Source: Parvularculaceae bacterium (lineage in GTDB: Bacteria; Pseudomonadota; Alphaproteobacteria; Caulobacterales; Parvularculaceae). Taken from it: a stretch of 64,000 nt of DNA. Below the pieces are notes generated by a model. The model saw only the letters and a program-made list of their open reading frames with translations, ran no database searches and was not told where the DNA came from. The translations under genes and the position numbers were made by a program. Shown here one piece after another: positions 56,676 through 64,000 of this stretch (position 1 is the first letter of the stretch; the number at the start of each line of letters is the position of its first letter). The stretch spans positions 20,065-84,064 of the forward strand of contig JAXHLA010000001.1 of assembly GCA_034522715.1 (NCBI GenBank), given 5' to 3'.

Positions 56676-57395
56676 ATGGAAACCGAAGTCGTAAACGCGG
56701 CCGGCCAAACTTTGGGGGGCGAGTTCAGCCTTCTCAGCCTGTTCCTGAGCGCCGGTCTCGTGGTGAAGGCCGTGATGGGGATCCTCGTTATCTCCTCGGT
56801 GTGGTCGTGGGCTGTCATCATCGACAAGTCGCTGTTGTTCGGAAAGCTCAAGGCAAAATCGGCAAAGTTCGAAGATGCATTCTGGTCGGGCCGCCCGCTT
56901 GACGAGCTTCATCGCAAGCTCGGCGACAAGGGCGACCATCCGATGGCGCGGGTGTTTTCGGCCGGCATGACGGAATGGACCCGCGCCAAAGATGTCGGCC
57001 GCGGCGAGGGTCTTGTCGCAGGCGCGCGCGACCGCATCGACAAGGTGATGAATGTCGCGGTCGCCCGCGAACTGGAATCCGCCGAACGCAATCTCGGCGT
57101 GCTCGCGACGATCGGGTCGGCGGCGCCGTTCGTCGGACTTCTCGGCACGGTCTGGGGCATCATGACGGCGTTTCAGGCGATCGCCGCCACGAAAGACACG
57201 AACCTTGCTGTCGTCGCGCCTGGCATTGCCGAAGCGCTTTTCGCAACCGCGCTTGGTCTTGTCGCCGCCATCCCGGCGGTCGTCGGCTACAACCGCTATT
57301 CTTCGGCGCTGAATTCCTATGCGGTGCGATTGCAGGGGTTCGCCGATGAATTCTCGGCGATCCTGTCCCGCCAGCTTGACGAGAGGTCGCGCTGA
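56676..57395 (+). CDS. tolQ: Tol-Pal system protein TolQ
   Basis: MotA/TolQ/ExbB motifs (LATIGSAAPFVGLLGTVWGIM, IAEALFATALGL). ATG 56676. Confidence 0.93.
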   Translation: METEVVNAAGQTLGGEFSLLSLFLSAGLVVKAVMGILVISSVWSWAVIIDKSLLFGKLKAKSAKFEDAFWSGRPLDELHRKLGDKGDHPMARVFSAGMTEWTRAKDVGRGEGLVAGARDRIDKVMNVAVARELESAERNLGVLATIGSAAPFVGLLGTVWGIMTAFQAIAATKDTNLAVVAPGIAEALFATALGLVAAIPAVVGYNRYSSALNSYAVRLQGFADEFSAILSRQLDERSR

Positions 57396-57832
57396 TGGGC
57401 GCTTCGCTCGGCCATGGCGGCGGACACCGGCACCGGCCGGGGCGGACGCGCATGCTTGCGGAGATCAACGTCACGCCGCTTGTCGATGTGATGCTGGTGC
57501 TCTTGATTGTCTTCATGGTCGCCGCGCCCTTGCTGACTGTCGGGGTTGCGGTCGATCTTCCCGAGACGGCGGCGCAGCCAATCCCTGAACAAGGGGAACC
57601 GCTGACGGTGACGATCACCGGCGACGGCGCGATCTTCGTGCAAGAGACCCCGGTTCAACTCGACAGCCTTGTGCCGCAGCTCGAGGCGATCGCGACTGCG
57701 GGCTACGCTCAGCGCATTTTCGTGCGCGCCGATCAGGCGCTGTCCTACGGCGACGTGATGCGCACCATCGGCCGGATCAATGACGCCGGGTTCACCCGCG
57801 TCGGCCTTGTCACCGAGCAGGAATCCGAATGA
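57395..57832 (+). CDS. tolR: Tol-Pal system protein TolR
   Basis: Start overlaps the tolQ stop (TGATG). EINVTPLVDVMLVLLIVFM. Confidence 0.9.
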   Translation: MGASLGHGGGHRHRPGRTRMLAEINVTPLVDVMLVLLIVFMVAAPLLTVGVAVDLPETAAQPIPEQGEPLTVTITGDGAIFVQETPVQLDSLVPQLEAIATAGYAQRIFVRADQALSYGDVMRTIGRINDAGFTRVGLVTEQESE

Positions 57833-57855
57833 CGCGAGGGACGTGAGCGAGCCCC

Positions 57856-58668
57856 ATGCGGACGAGTTTCGTTGCGTCTTTCGCATTACACGCAGGTGCG
57901 CTCGCGCTCGCCTTCGTGTCGCTGCCAGAATTCATGCGCACGCGCGTCGTCGAGGCGCCGGTCATCCCGGTTGAACTGATCGACAAGGCCGAACTCAGCG
58001 ACCGAACCAGCGTTCCCGCCGCCGCGCCGAAGCCCAAGCCCCTGCCGGAGAAGAAGCCGGAGCCGCCTGCGGAAAAGGAGCCCGAGCCGCAACAAGCCGA
58101 ACCGGAGAAAAAACCGGAGCAGAAGGTCGCCGAAAATCCGCCGGAAAAAAAACCTGACGAGAAAAAGCCGGACGAGAAAAAGCCCGAAAAGAAGCCGGAA
58201 AAAAAGCCTGATGAAGAGCTCGATCTCGACGCCCTTTCAGGGCTCCTCAGCAAGCTGAAGAAGGACGATCCCGGCGAGGACGATTCGAGTGCGATCGAGG
58301 AGGCTGAACGCGCGCGCAAGGCGATCGGCGCGGGCGACAGGCTCACCGTCACCGAAATCGACAAGATGCGCGCGGCGGTGGCGCGCTGCTGGAACGCCAG
58401 CGCCATTCTCGGCGCGCCGAACCCCGAAGCGCTTGTTGTCGAGATCGATATCGATCTCAATCGCGACGGCACGCTCGCCGGCGCGCCGCGCGTCGTCAAT
58501 GCGGCGGCGATCGCGCTGTCAGGGAACCGGTTCTGGAAGGTCGCCGAACAAAACGCGGTGAGGGCGGTGCAAGCCTGTCAGCCCTATGATTTCTTCGACC
58601 CTGCGCGCTACCAGGAATGGAGCGCGTTCACGCTCAATTTCGACCCCAGCATCATGGCGGGATTTTAA
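57856..58668 (+). CDS. tolA: TolA-like cell envelope integrity protein
   Basis: N-terminal TM helix, long Lys/Pro/Glu linker, C-terminal domain (RCWN...). Position between tolR and tolB. Confidence 0.8.
   Translation: MRTSFVASFALHAGALALAFVSLPEFMRTRVVEAPVIPVELIDKAELSDRTSVPAAAPKPKPLPEKKPEPPAEKEPEPQQAEPEKKPEQKVAENPPEKKPDEKKPDEKKPEKKPEKKPDEELDLDALSGLLSKLKKDDPGEDDSSAIEEAERARKAIGAGDRLTVTEIDKMRAAVARCWNASAILGAPNPEALVVEIDIDLNRDGTLAGAPRVVNAAAIALSGNRFWKVAEQNAVRAVQACQPYDFFDPARYQEWSAFTLNFDPSIMAGF
58030..58215 (+). repeat. Low-complexity K/P/E-coding tandem repeats inside tolA
   Basis: Iterated aaaaagccggacgag / aagaagccggaa units encoding EKKPDEKKPDEKKPEKKPEKKPD. Confidence 0.7.
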
Positions 58669-58737
58669 GGGGCGGGCAGCCCCTCCGACGCCCTAATTCA
58701 GACGCTCGAATCGGTTAGCGATCACGCAAAGCGAAAG

Positions 58738-60069
58738 ATGAGAATGACGATGTTGAAAAATGCCCTGCTTGCGATCCTCGCCGCTGCCGCCTCGCTTGGC
58801 TTAATCGCCGGCGCCGAGGCGCGCGTCAGGATCGACATCACGCAAGCGAATGTGGAGCCGATGCCGATCGCGGCGCCGGATTTCATCGTCGCTGATGATC
58901 AGTCCTCGCCGCTTGGCCGCGATATTACTGCTGTCATCATGGCGGACCTCGACCGGTCTGGGCTGTTCAGCGTGATCGATCAGCGGGCCTATATCGAGCG
59001 CCTGTCCAGCGTGAATGTCCGCCCGCGCTTTCCCGACTGGCGCATCATTAACGCGCAAGTGCTTGTTGTCGGCGACGTTCGCCAAACGCCGGACGGGCGC
59101 ATCGAAGTCTCGACGCGCGTCTGGGACGTCTATTCCAATGAGCAGCTTGGCGCGGTTTCCTTCAAGACGCCGGCCGACAACTGGCGCCGCGCCGCGCACA
59201 AGGTCGCTGACTTCGTCTACAAGTCGCTGACGGGCGAGGAAGGGTATTTCGACACCCGCGTCGTCTTCATCCACGAAACGGGACCGAAAGAAAAACGCAA
59301 CAAGCGCCTGATGATCATGGATCAGGATGGCGCCAATCCGGTCTTGCTGACGGACGGCCTCAACTATCAGGCGTTGACGCCGCGCTTCTCGCCGACACAG
59401 CAGCAAATCACCTACATGGCTCTCTTCGACAACAAGCCGGGCCAAGTCTACCTCTTTAACATCGAGACCGGCGAGCAGGAACAGCTTGGCACGTTCCGCG
59501 GCATGACCTTCGCGCCGCGCTTCACGCCGGACGGCACGCGCGTCTTGATGTCGATGGAGCGCGGCGGCAATTCCGACGTGTTCATCATGGAACTTGCGAC
59601 GCGCAAGTTGTCGCGCCTGACCGACAATCCCGGCATCGACACCTCGCCGACGATGTCACCCGATGGTCGCCGCATTGGCTTCACGTCGGATCGCGGCGGT
59701 TCCGAGCAGATCTATGTCATGGGCGTCGACGGCTCGGCGCCCAAGCGCATCACTTTCGGCGAAGGGCGTTATCAGACGCCGGTCTGGAGCCCGCGCGGTG
59801 ACCTCATCGCCTTTACGCGCCAATATCAGGGGCGCTTTTATATCGGCGTCATCCGCCCCGACGGGACCGGCGAACGCCTGCTGACCGAGAGCTATCTTGA
59901 TGAGGGCCCGACCTGGTCGCCGAACGGGCGCGTATTGATGTTCTTCCGCGAAGCCTCGCCGGGCGCAGGCCCCTCGTTGTGGTCGGTTGACCTCACGGGG
60001 CGCAACCTGCGGCGGGTGAGAACCCCCGGCGACTCCTCCGATCCGGCCTGGTCGCCGCCGCTTCCCTGA
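58738..60069 (+). CDS. tolB: Tol-Pal system beta-propeller protein TolB
   Basis: Signal peptide, N-terminal TolB domain, repeated P.FSPDG/WSP propeller motifs. Confidence 0.95.
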   Translation: MRMTMLKNALLAILAAAASLGLIAGAEARVRIDITQANVEPMPIAAPDFIVADDQSSPLGRDITAVIMADLDRSGLFSVIDQRAYIERLSSVNVRPRFPDWRIINAQVLVVGDVRQTPDGRIEVSTRVWDVYSNEQLGAVSFKTPADNWRRAAHKVADFVYKSLTGEEGYFDTRVVFIHETGPKEKRNKRLMIMDQDGANPVLLTDGLNYQALTPRFSPTQQQITYMALFDNKPGQVYLFNIETGEQEQLGTFRGMTFAPRFTPDGTRVLMSMERGGNSDVFIMELATRKLSRLTDNPGIDTSPTMSPDGRRIGFTSDRGGSEQIYVMGVDGSAPKRITFGEGRYQTPVWSPRGDLIAFTRQYQGRFYIGVIRPDGTGERLLTESYLDEGPTWSPNGRVLMFFREASPGAGPSLWSVDLTGRNLRRVRTPGDSSDPAWSPPLP

Positions 60070-60319
60070 CGGGCGCCATACGCGTTTTTCATTTTGAAGC
60101 CGTACCGGTTTTGCTTGTACGCGGCCGCGGCGCGCTTTACCGTTTTCAGGCTGGGTATACGGATAGTTAATCGAAGCGCGATAACTCCGGTCCAGAGTTG
60201 CGGCGTGGACCAACTCGCTAAGGGGGACTGCAGGCGGTCACACCGGCGTCGCAATTAAAGTTCACGAGGGTAGTAGTGGGGCGCGCCCCGAAAGCGTCCG
60301 AAGAAGCGCACTGGAGCAT

Positions 60320-60841
60320 ATGGAAATGAACATCTCTTTCGCAGTCAAGGCGGCCGGCATCGCGGGCCTGGCGTTTCTCGCCGCAGCCTGCGCCAGCAAC
60401 AAGGCGACGGGCCCCGATGTCGTCGCCACTGACAACGCTGACACGAGCGCGCTCGGGCGCGGCGACGTCACGCCGGGATCGCAAGGCGATCTCGAGAGCA
60501 ATGTCGGGCATCGCGTGTTTTTCGGCTATGATCAGTACACGTTGTCGCCGCAGGCGCAGCAGACGCTCCAGCGTCAAGCCGGGTTTCTGAAGCAATATCC
60601 GAATGTTCGCGTTCAAGTCGCCGGTAACTGCGATGAGCGCGGCACGCGCGAATACAACCTCGCCCTTGGGGCGCGGCGCGCTGAAGCCGCCCGCTCTTAT
60701 CTTGTCAGCCTCGGCGTCGAGGCCTCGCGCATTTCGACCGTTTCCTACGGGAAAGAACGCCCAATCGATGCGCGCTCGACCGAAGACGCGTGGTCCTTGA
60801 ACCGCAACTCGACGACAACGATTTCAGCCGCGGGCGCTTGA
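60320..60841 (+). CDS. pal: Peptidoglycan-associated lipoprotein Pal
   Basis: Lipobox LAAAC. OmpA-like domain (VFFGYDQYTL...GNCDERGTREYNLALGARRA). Confidence 0.93.
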   Translation: MEMNISFAVKAAGIAGLAFLAAACASNKATGPDVVATDNADTSALGRGDVTPGSQGDLESNVGHRVFFGYDQYTLSPQAQQTLQRQAGFLKQYPNVRVQVAGNCDERGTREYNLALGARRAEAARSYLVSLGVEASRISTVSYGKERPIDARSTEDAWSLNRNSTTTISAAGA

Positions 60842-60858
60842 TCCTGCGGAGCCTAGTC

Positions 60859-60896
60859 AGGGGCGCGCAGGCAAAAAGCCAGCGCGCCCCTTTTTC
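60859..60896 (+). terminator. Rho-independent terminator after pal
   Basis: AGGGGCGCGC-(13-nt loop)-GCGCGCCCCT followed by TTTTCG. Confidence 0.6.
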
Positions 60897-60998
60897 GTGC
60901 CGTCGCCTCAATTCCGTCCTTCAGATTTGCGAAGGTGCGCAAGGCGGTCGAACAGGGTAGAACCCACTTGTTTCCCGCCGTCGTTCAGGGAGTGTCCC

Positions 60999-61754
60999 AT
61001 GCGCCGTTACATTTTTACCGCCGTCGCCGCCGTTGCTGCAATCGCCGTCCAGCCCGCGCTTGGCGGCACGAAGGAGCGCGTTGAAGCCCTCGAAGCGACG
61101 GTTGCGCAGCTGAAGGCGTCGCAGCCCGCGACGCTCGAAACGAACGCGAAAATGGATCGGCTCGAAACTGAGGTCCGTTCGCTGACGGGCCGCGTTGAGG
61201 AACTCCAGTTCGAACTCGAACAGGCGCGCGCGCGGCTCGATTCTGTCAGCGCGGCCCTCGCGGGTGAAGCGCCGGCGCCGCTTGCCGGCGCCGCGACAGG
61301 GCCCAAGGACCTCATCGCGAATGAGATCGCAAGGTCGTCAACGCCAGCAGGCAGCGTCGAGCTGCCAATCGATCCGGAAGCGGCGTTTTCCTACGCGTCG
61401 GATTTCTTGCTCGCGGGCGATTATGCCAAGGCCGAAAGCGCGTTCAGAGCGTTTGTTGATGCTTTCCCTAATCATCCGCGTACGGCGGATGCCCGCTTCC
61501 GCCTTGGCGAGGTCTATCTCGCGAACGGCAAGAATACGGAAGCGGCGGATGTCTTCATCGCCTTCATTCGCGCCTATCCGCAAAGCGCGCGCGGGTCGGA
61601 AGCCTATTTGAAGCTCGGCACGGCTTTCTCCCGCCTCTCGAAGCCAGACGAGGCTTGCAAGGTTTTCAAGACGCTGAAATCGAAATATCCCAATGCCGCC
61701 CCTGCTGTCCTGCAGCGGACCGATGTCGAGATGGGCCGCATCAGCTGCAAGTGA
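60999..61754 (+). CDS. cpoB: Tol-Pal system protein YbgF/CpoB
   Basis: Signal peptide, coiled coil (LEATVAQL...ELQFELEQAR), C-terminal TPR repeats. GGGAG RBS before ATG 60999. Confidence 0.85.
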   Translation: MRRYIFTAVAAVAAIAVQPALGGTKERVEALEATVAQLKASQPATLETNAKMDRLETEVRSLTGRVEELQFELEQARARLDSVSAALAGEAPAPLAGAATGPKDLIANEIARSSTPAGSVELPIDPEAAFSYASDFLLAGDYAKAESAFRAFVDAFPNHPRTADARFRLGEVYLANGKNTEAADVFIAFIRAYPQSARGSEAYLKLGTAFSRLSKPDEACKVFKTLKSKYPNAAPAVLQRTDVEMGRISCK

Positions 61755-63025
61755 CGGACGGGCCGTCAGTCTCGCAAAGCGCGGCGGCCTTCGCTGACCT
61801 CTGGCGCGCGTTCGGAGCGCCGAAAAACCTGCTACTTGCGGTCTCGGGCGGATCGGATTCGATCGCGCTCTTGCGCCTTGCGGCGAACCTTCGCTGCGAA
61901 GGCGCGGCGGTGCATGTCGCGACGGTCGATCATGGGTTGCGCGCCGCTTCGGCGGATGACGCGGCGTTCGTTCTTCGCGCCTCTGGCGCGCTCGGAATCC
62001 CGGCGATGATCTTGCGCTGGGAAGGCGAAAAGCCATCCTCAGGCTTGCAAGCGGCGGCGCGCGGCGCGCGTTATCGGCTGCTAGCGCAAGCCTCCGCGCG
62101 CTTGCAGGCCGACGCGATCCTCACGGCGCATACTGCAGACGATCAGGCGGAAACCGTGCTGATGCGCATGGCCCATCGCTCCGGCCCCCGCGGGCTTGCC
62201 GGGATGGCGCGCGAGATCTTCATCGCCGACGGCGCAGGCATGCCCCAACGCCTCTTGCGGCCGTTGCTCGGCTGGCGGCGCGCGGATTTGCGCTCGATAC
62301 TTTCGGCGGAACGAGCCGCATTCGTCGACGACACCAGTAATTCGGATCGGCGCTTTGAACGCGTGAGGGCGCGGTCGGCGCTCGCCTCTGCTGGCGAGCC
62401 GGTCATCGTTGCGCTGTTGGCGGCGGCGGCCGAGGCGCGCGCGTTGTCGCGCGTGCTCGATCGGCTAGAGCATGTGCGGCTCGCTTCGCTCCGGGCCGAC
62501 TTCCAGGCTGACGGTTCAGTGCGGCTGTCCAGCAGCGACGCTTCCCGATCCGTGGACGCTTCGCTGATCGCGCGACTTCTTGCCGCCGTCGGCGGCGGCG
62601 AAGTGCCGGCGGACGCGGCGGCCGGCGCCGCTCTCGATGCCGCGCTTGCAGGCCGGCGCGCGACGCTTGCTGGCGCGATTATCGGCAGGAAGGGGCGTGA
62701 CCTCATGATCATGCGCGAACCTGCAGCTGTGCTTGGGCGTAAAGACCTTGAGCCTGTCGCGCCGGTCCGCCTCGCCGCAGGCGAAAAAGTCCTTTGGGAT
62801 CGCCGATTCAGCGTTGAAAACACCTTGAGCGGCGACGCCGAAATTCGCCCGCTCGGCGCCGTCGCCCAAGCGCTCAACCCCTTCCTGGCCGAAACGCTCT
62901 CAACCGCGCCGGGCCTCTGGCGAGGCGGGGAACTCGCCGCTTTTCCGGGCGATGACGGTGTCGGCGAGGGCGCGATTGTCAGCCTCGCGCCTGAGCGGTT
63001 TTATCGCCGCGTCATCCGACATTGA
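61751..63025 (+). CDS. tilS: tRNA(Ile) lysidine(34) synthetase
   Basis: PP-loop LLLAVSGGSDS. GTG 61751 overlaps the cpoB TGA (GTGA). The upstream part of the track ORF overlaps cpoB. Confidence 0.85.
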   Translation: MTDGPSVSQSAAAFADLWRAFGAPKNLLLAVSGGSDSIALLRLAANLRCEGAAVHVATVDHGLRAASADDAAFVLRASGALGIPAMILRWEGEKPSSGLQAAARGARYRLLAQASARLQADAILTAHTADDQAETVLMRMAHRSGPRGLAGMAREIFIADGAGMPQRLLRPLLGWRRADLRSILSAERAAFVDDTSNSDRRFERVRARSALASAGEPVIVALLAAAAEARALSRVLDRLEHVRLASLRADFQADGSVRLSSSDASRSVDASLIARLLAAVGGGEVPADAAAGAALDAALAGRRATLAGAIIGRKGRDLMIMREPAAVLGRKDLEPVAPVRLAAGEKVLWDRRFSVENTLSGDAEIRPLGAVAQALNPFLAETLSTAPGLWRGGELAAFPGDDGVGEGAIVSLAPERFYRRVIRH

Positions 63026-63137
63026 CGCGGGTTACGTATTTGTGACGCGTGCCCGTGGCGCCGGGCTTCTTTAACCCCTATCTTCTACTCTCAAGCGATC
63101 GCGGGCCTAGGCCAGCCCGCCCGGAAAGGACCAGCGA

Positions 63138-64000
63138 ATGAACGGACGCAATCTCCTGATTTGGGGCCTCGTCTTCGTTTTCTTCATTATCCTCCTGCAG
63201 AGCTTCAAGCTGTCCACGCCCGGGCCGCAAGCCGAGCGGCTCTCTTATTCGGAATTCGTCTCCCAGATCGAGTCTGGCGGCGTCAAATCGGCCGAGATCG
63301 ATCAGGAAAACGTCAAGGGCGTCCTGTCGAGCGGCAAAGCCTTCGTGACCGCCATCCCCGATGGATCAGGCGTCGTCATCGCCGACAAGCTCAATCTGTC
63401 GGGCGCACAAACGCGCGTGACGCCGGTCGAGGAGCTGCCGCTGATCCTTTCCGTCATCTTCAACATTTTGCCGTTCGTCATCTTCCTCGCCTTCTTCTTT
63501 TTCGTGGTGCGCCAGATGCAGGGCGCTGGCGGGAAGGCGATGGGCTTCGGCAAGAGCCGCGCGAAGCTGCTGACCGAGCGTCAGGGGCGCATCACCTTCG
63601 AAGATGTTGCCGGCATCGATGAGGCCAAGGAAGAATTGGAAGAAATCGTCGAGTACCTTAAAGACCCGATGAAATTTCAGCGCCTCGGCGGCAAAATTCC
63701 CAAAGGCGCGTTGCTTGTTGGTCCGCCGGGCACTGGTAAGACGTTGCTGGCGCGAGCGATTGCGGGCGAAGCGAACGTGCCGTTCTTCACGATCTCGGGC
63801 TCGGACTTCGTTGAGATGTTTGTCGGCGTCGGCGCGAGCCGCGTCCGCGACATGTTCGATCAGGCGAAGAAGAATGCGCCTTGCATTATCTTCATCGACG
63901 AAATTGACGCCGTCGGCCGTTCGCGCGGCGCTGGTCTTGGCGGCGGCAATGATGAACGCGAGCAGACCCTGAACCAGCTGCTCGTCGAGATGGACGGTTT
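63138..64000 (+). CDS. ftsH: ATP-dependent zinc metalloprotease FtsH (N-terminal part; continues beyond the window)
   Basis: My own translation from ATG 63138: [21 protein letters not shown]... TM helices, then AAA+ motifs [18 protein letters not shown] and [10 protein letters not shown]. Not in the ORF track because there is no stop within the window. Confidence 0.95.
   Translation, partial: MNGRNLLIWGLVFVFFIILLQSFKLSTPGPQAERLSYSEFVSQIESGGVKSAEIDQENVKGVLSSGKAFVTAIPDGSGVVIADKLNLSGAQTRVTPVEELPLILSVIFNILPFVIFLAFFFFVVRQMQGAGGKAMGFGKSRAKLLTERQGRITFEDVAGIDEAKEELEEIVEYLKDPMKFQRLGGKIPKGALLVGPPGTGKTLLARAIAGEANVPFFTISGSDFVEMFVGVGASRVRDMFDQAKKNAPCIIFIDEIDAVGRSRGAGLGGGNDEREQTLNQLLVEMDG

Overview
High-GC chromosomal segment with alphaproteobacterial gene content and synteny (Hyphomicrobiales/Rhizobiales-like; this is an inference, no search was run). 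It is densely coding, with about 65 protein genes, 2 tRNAs and the SRP (4.5S) RNA. I saw no transposase, integrase, phage genes or CRISPR array. Many long ORFs in the track are antisense or off-frame GC artefacts (Arg/Ala/Pro/Gly-rich) and were not called; some M starts in the track are really TTG/GTG codons.

Main blocks:
- Left edge: an exosortase/EpsI-type exopolysaccharide locus (chain-length determinant, ATPase-like partner, exosortase, EpsI, GT2), translationally coupled.
- Housekeeping blocks: ffh-rpsP; ffs-dnaX-ybaB-recR; def-fmt-truA with convergent dapE; ybgC-tolQRAB-pal-cpoB-tilS-ftsH.
- Accessory-looking pieces: a GT87/GtrB/GtrA glycosylation trio; a radical-SAM + DUF938 pair; a PlsC + LplT-like pair next to a TetR/USP divergon.

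Most interesting observations:
1. A visibly lower-GC module next to tRNA-Val: a FadL-type outer-membrane channel, a PhcB-like SAM methyltransferase and an orphan multi-TM histidine kinase. This may be a fatty-acid-methyl-ester-type signalling system.
2. An ~800-nt non-coding, extremely C-rich, strand-skewed tract upstream of ffh. It ends in a diverged copy of the first 18 ffh codons that forms a 41-codon uORF overlapping the real ffh start.
3. A break of the usual rpsP-rimM-trmD-rplS synteny at MITE/palindrome repeats.
4. Two paralogous acyltransferase-3 genes inserted between ybgC and tolQ.
5. A small CxC...CG...C protein reminiscent of the TIMP/NTR fold.
6. A candidate anti-SD sRNA with a strong terminator.

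All family assignments come from motif recognition by eye and need HMM/BLAST confirmation.
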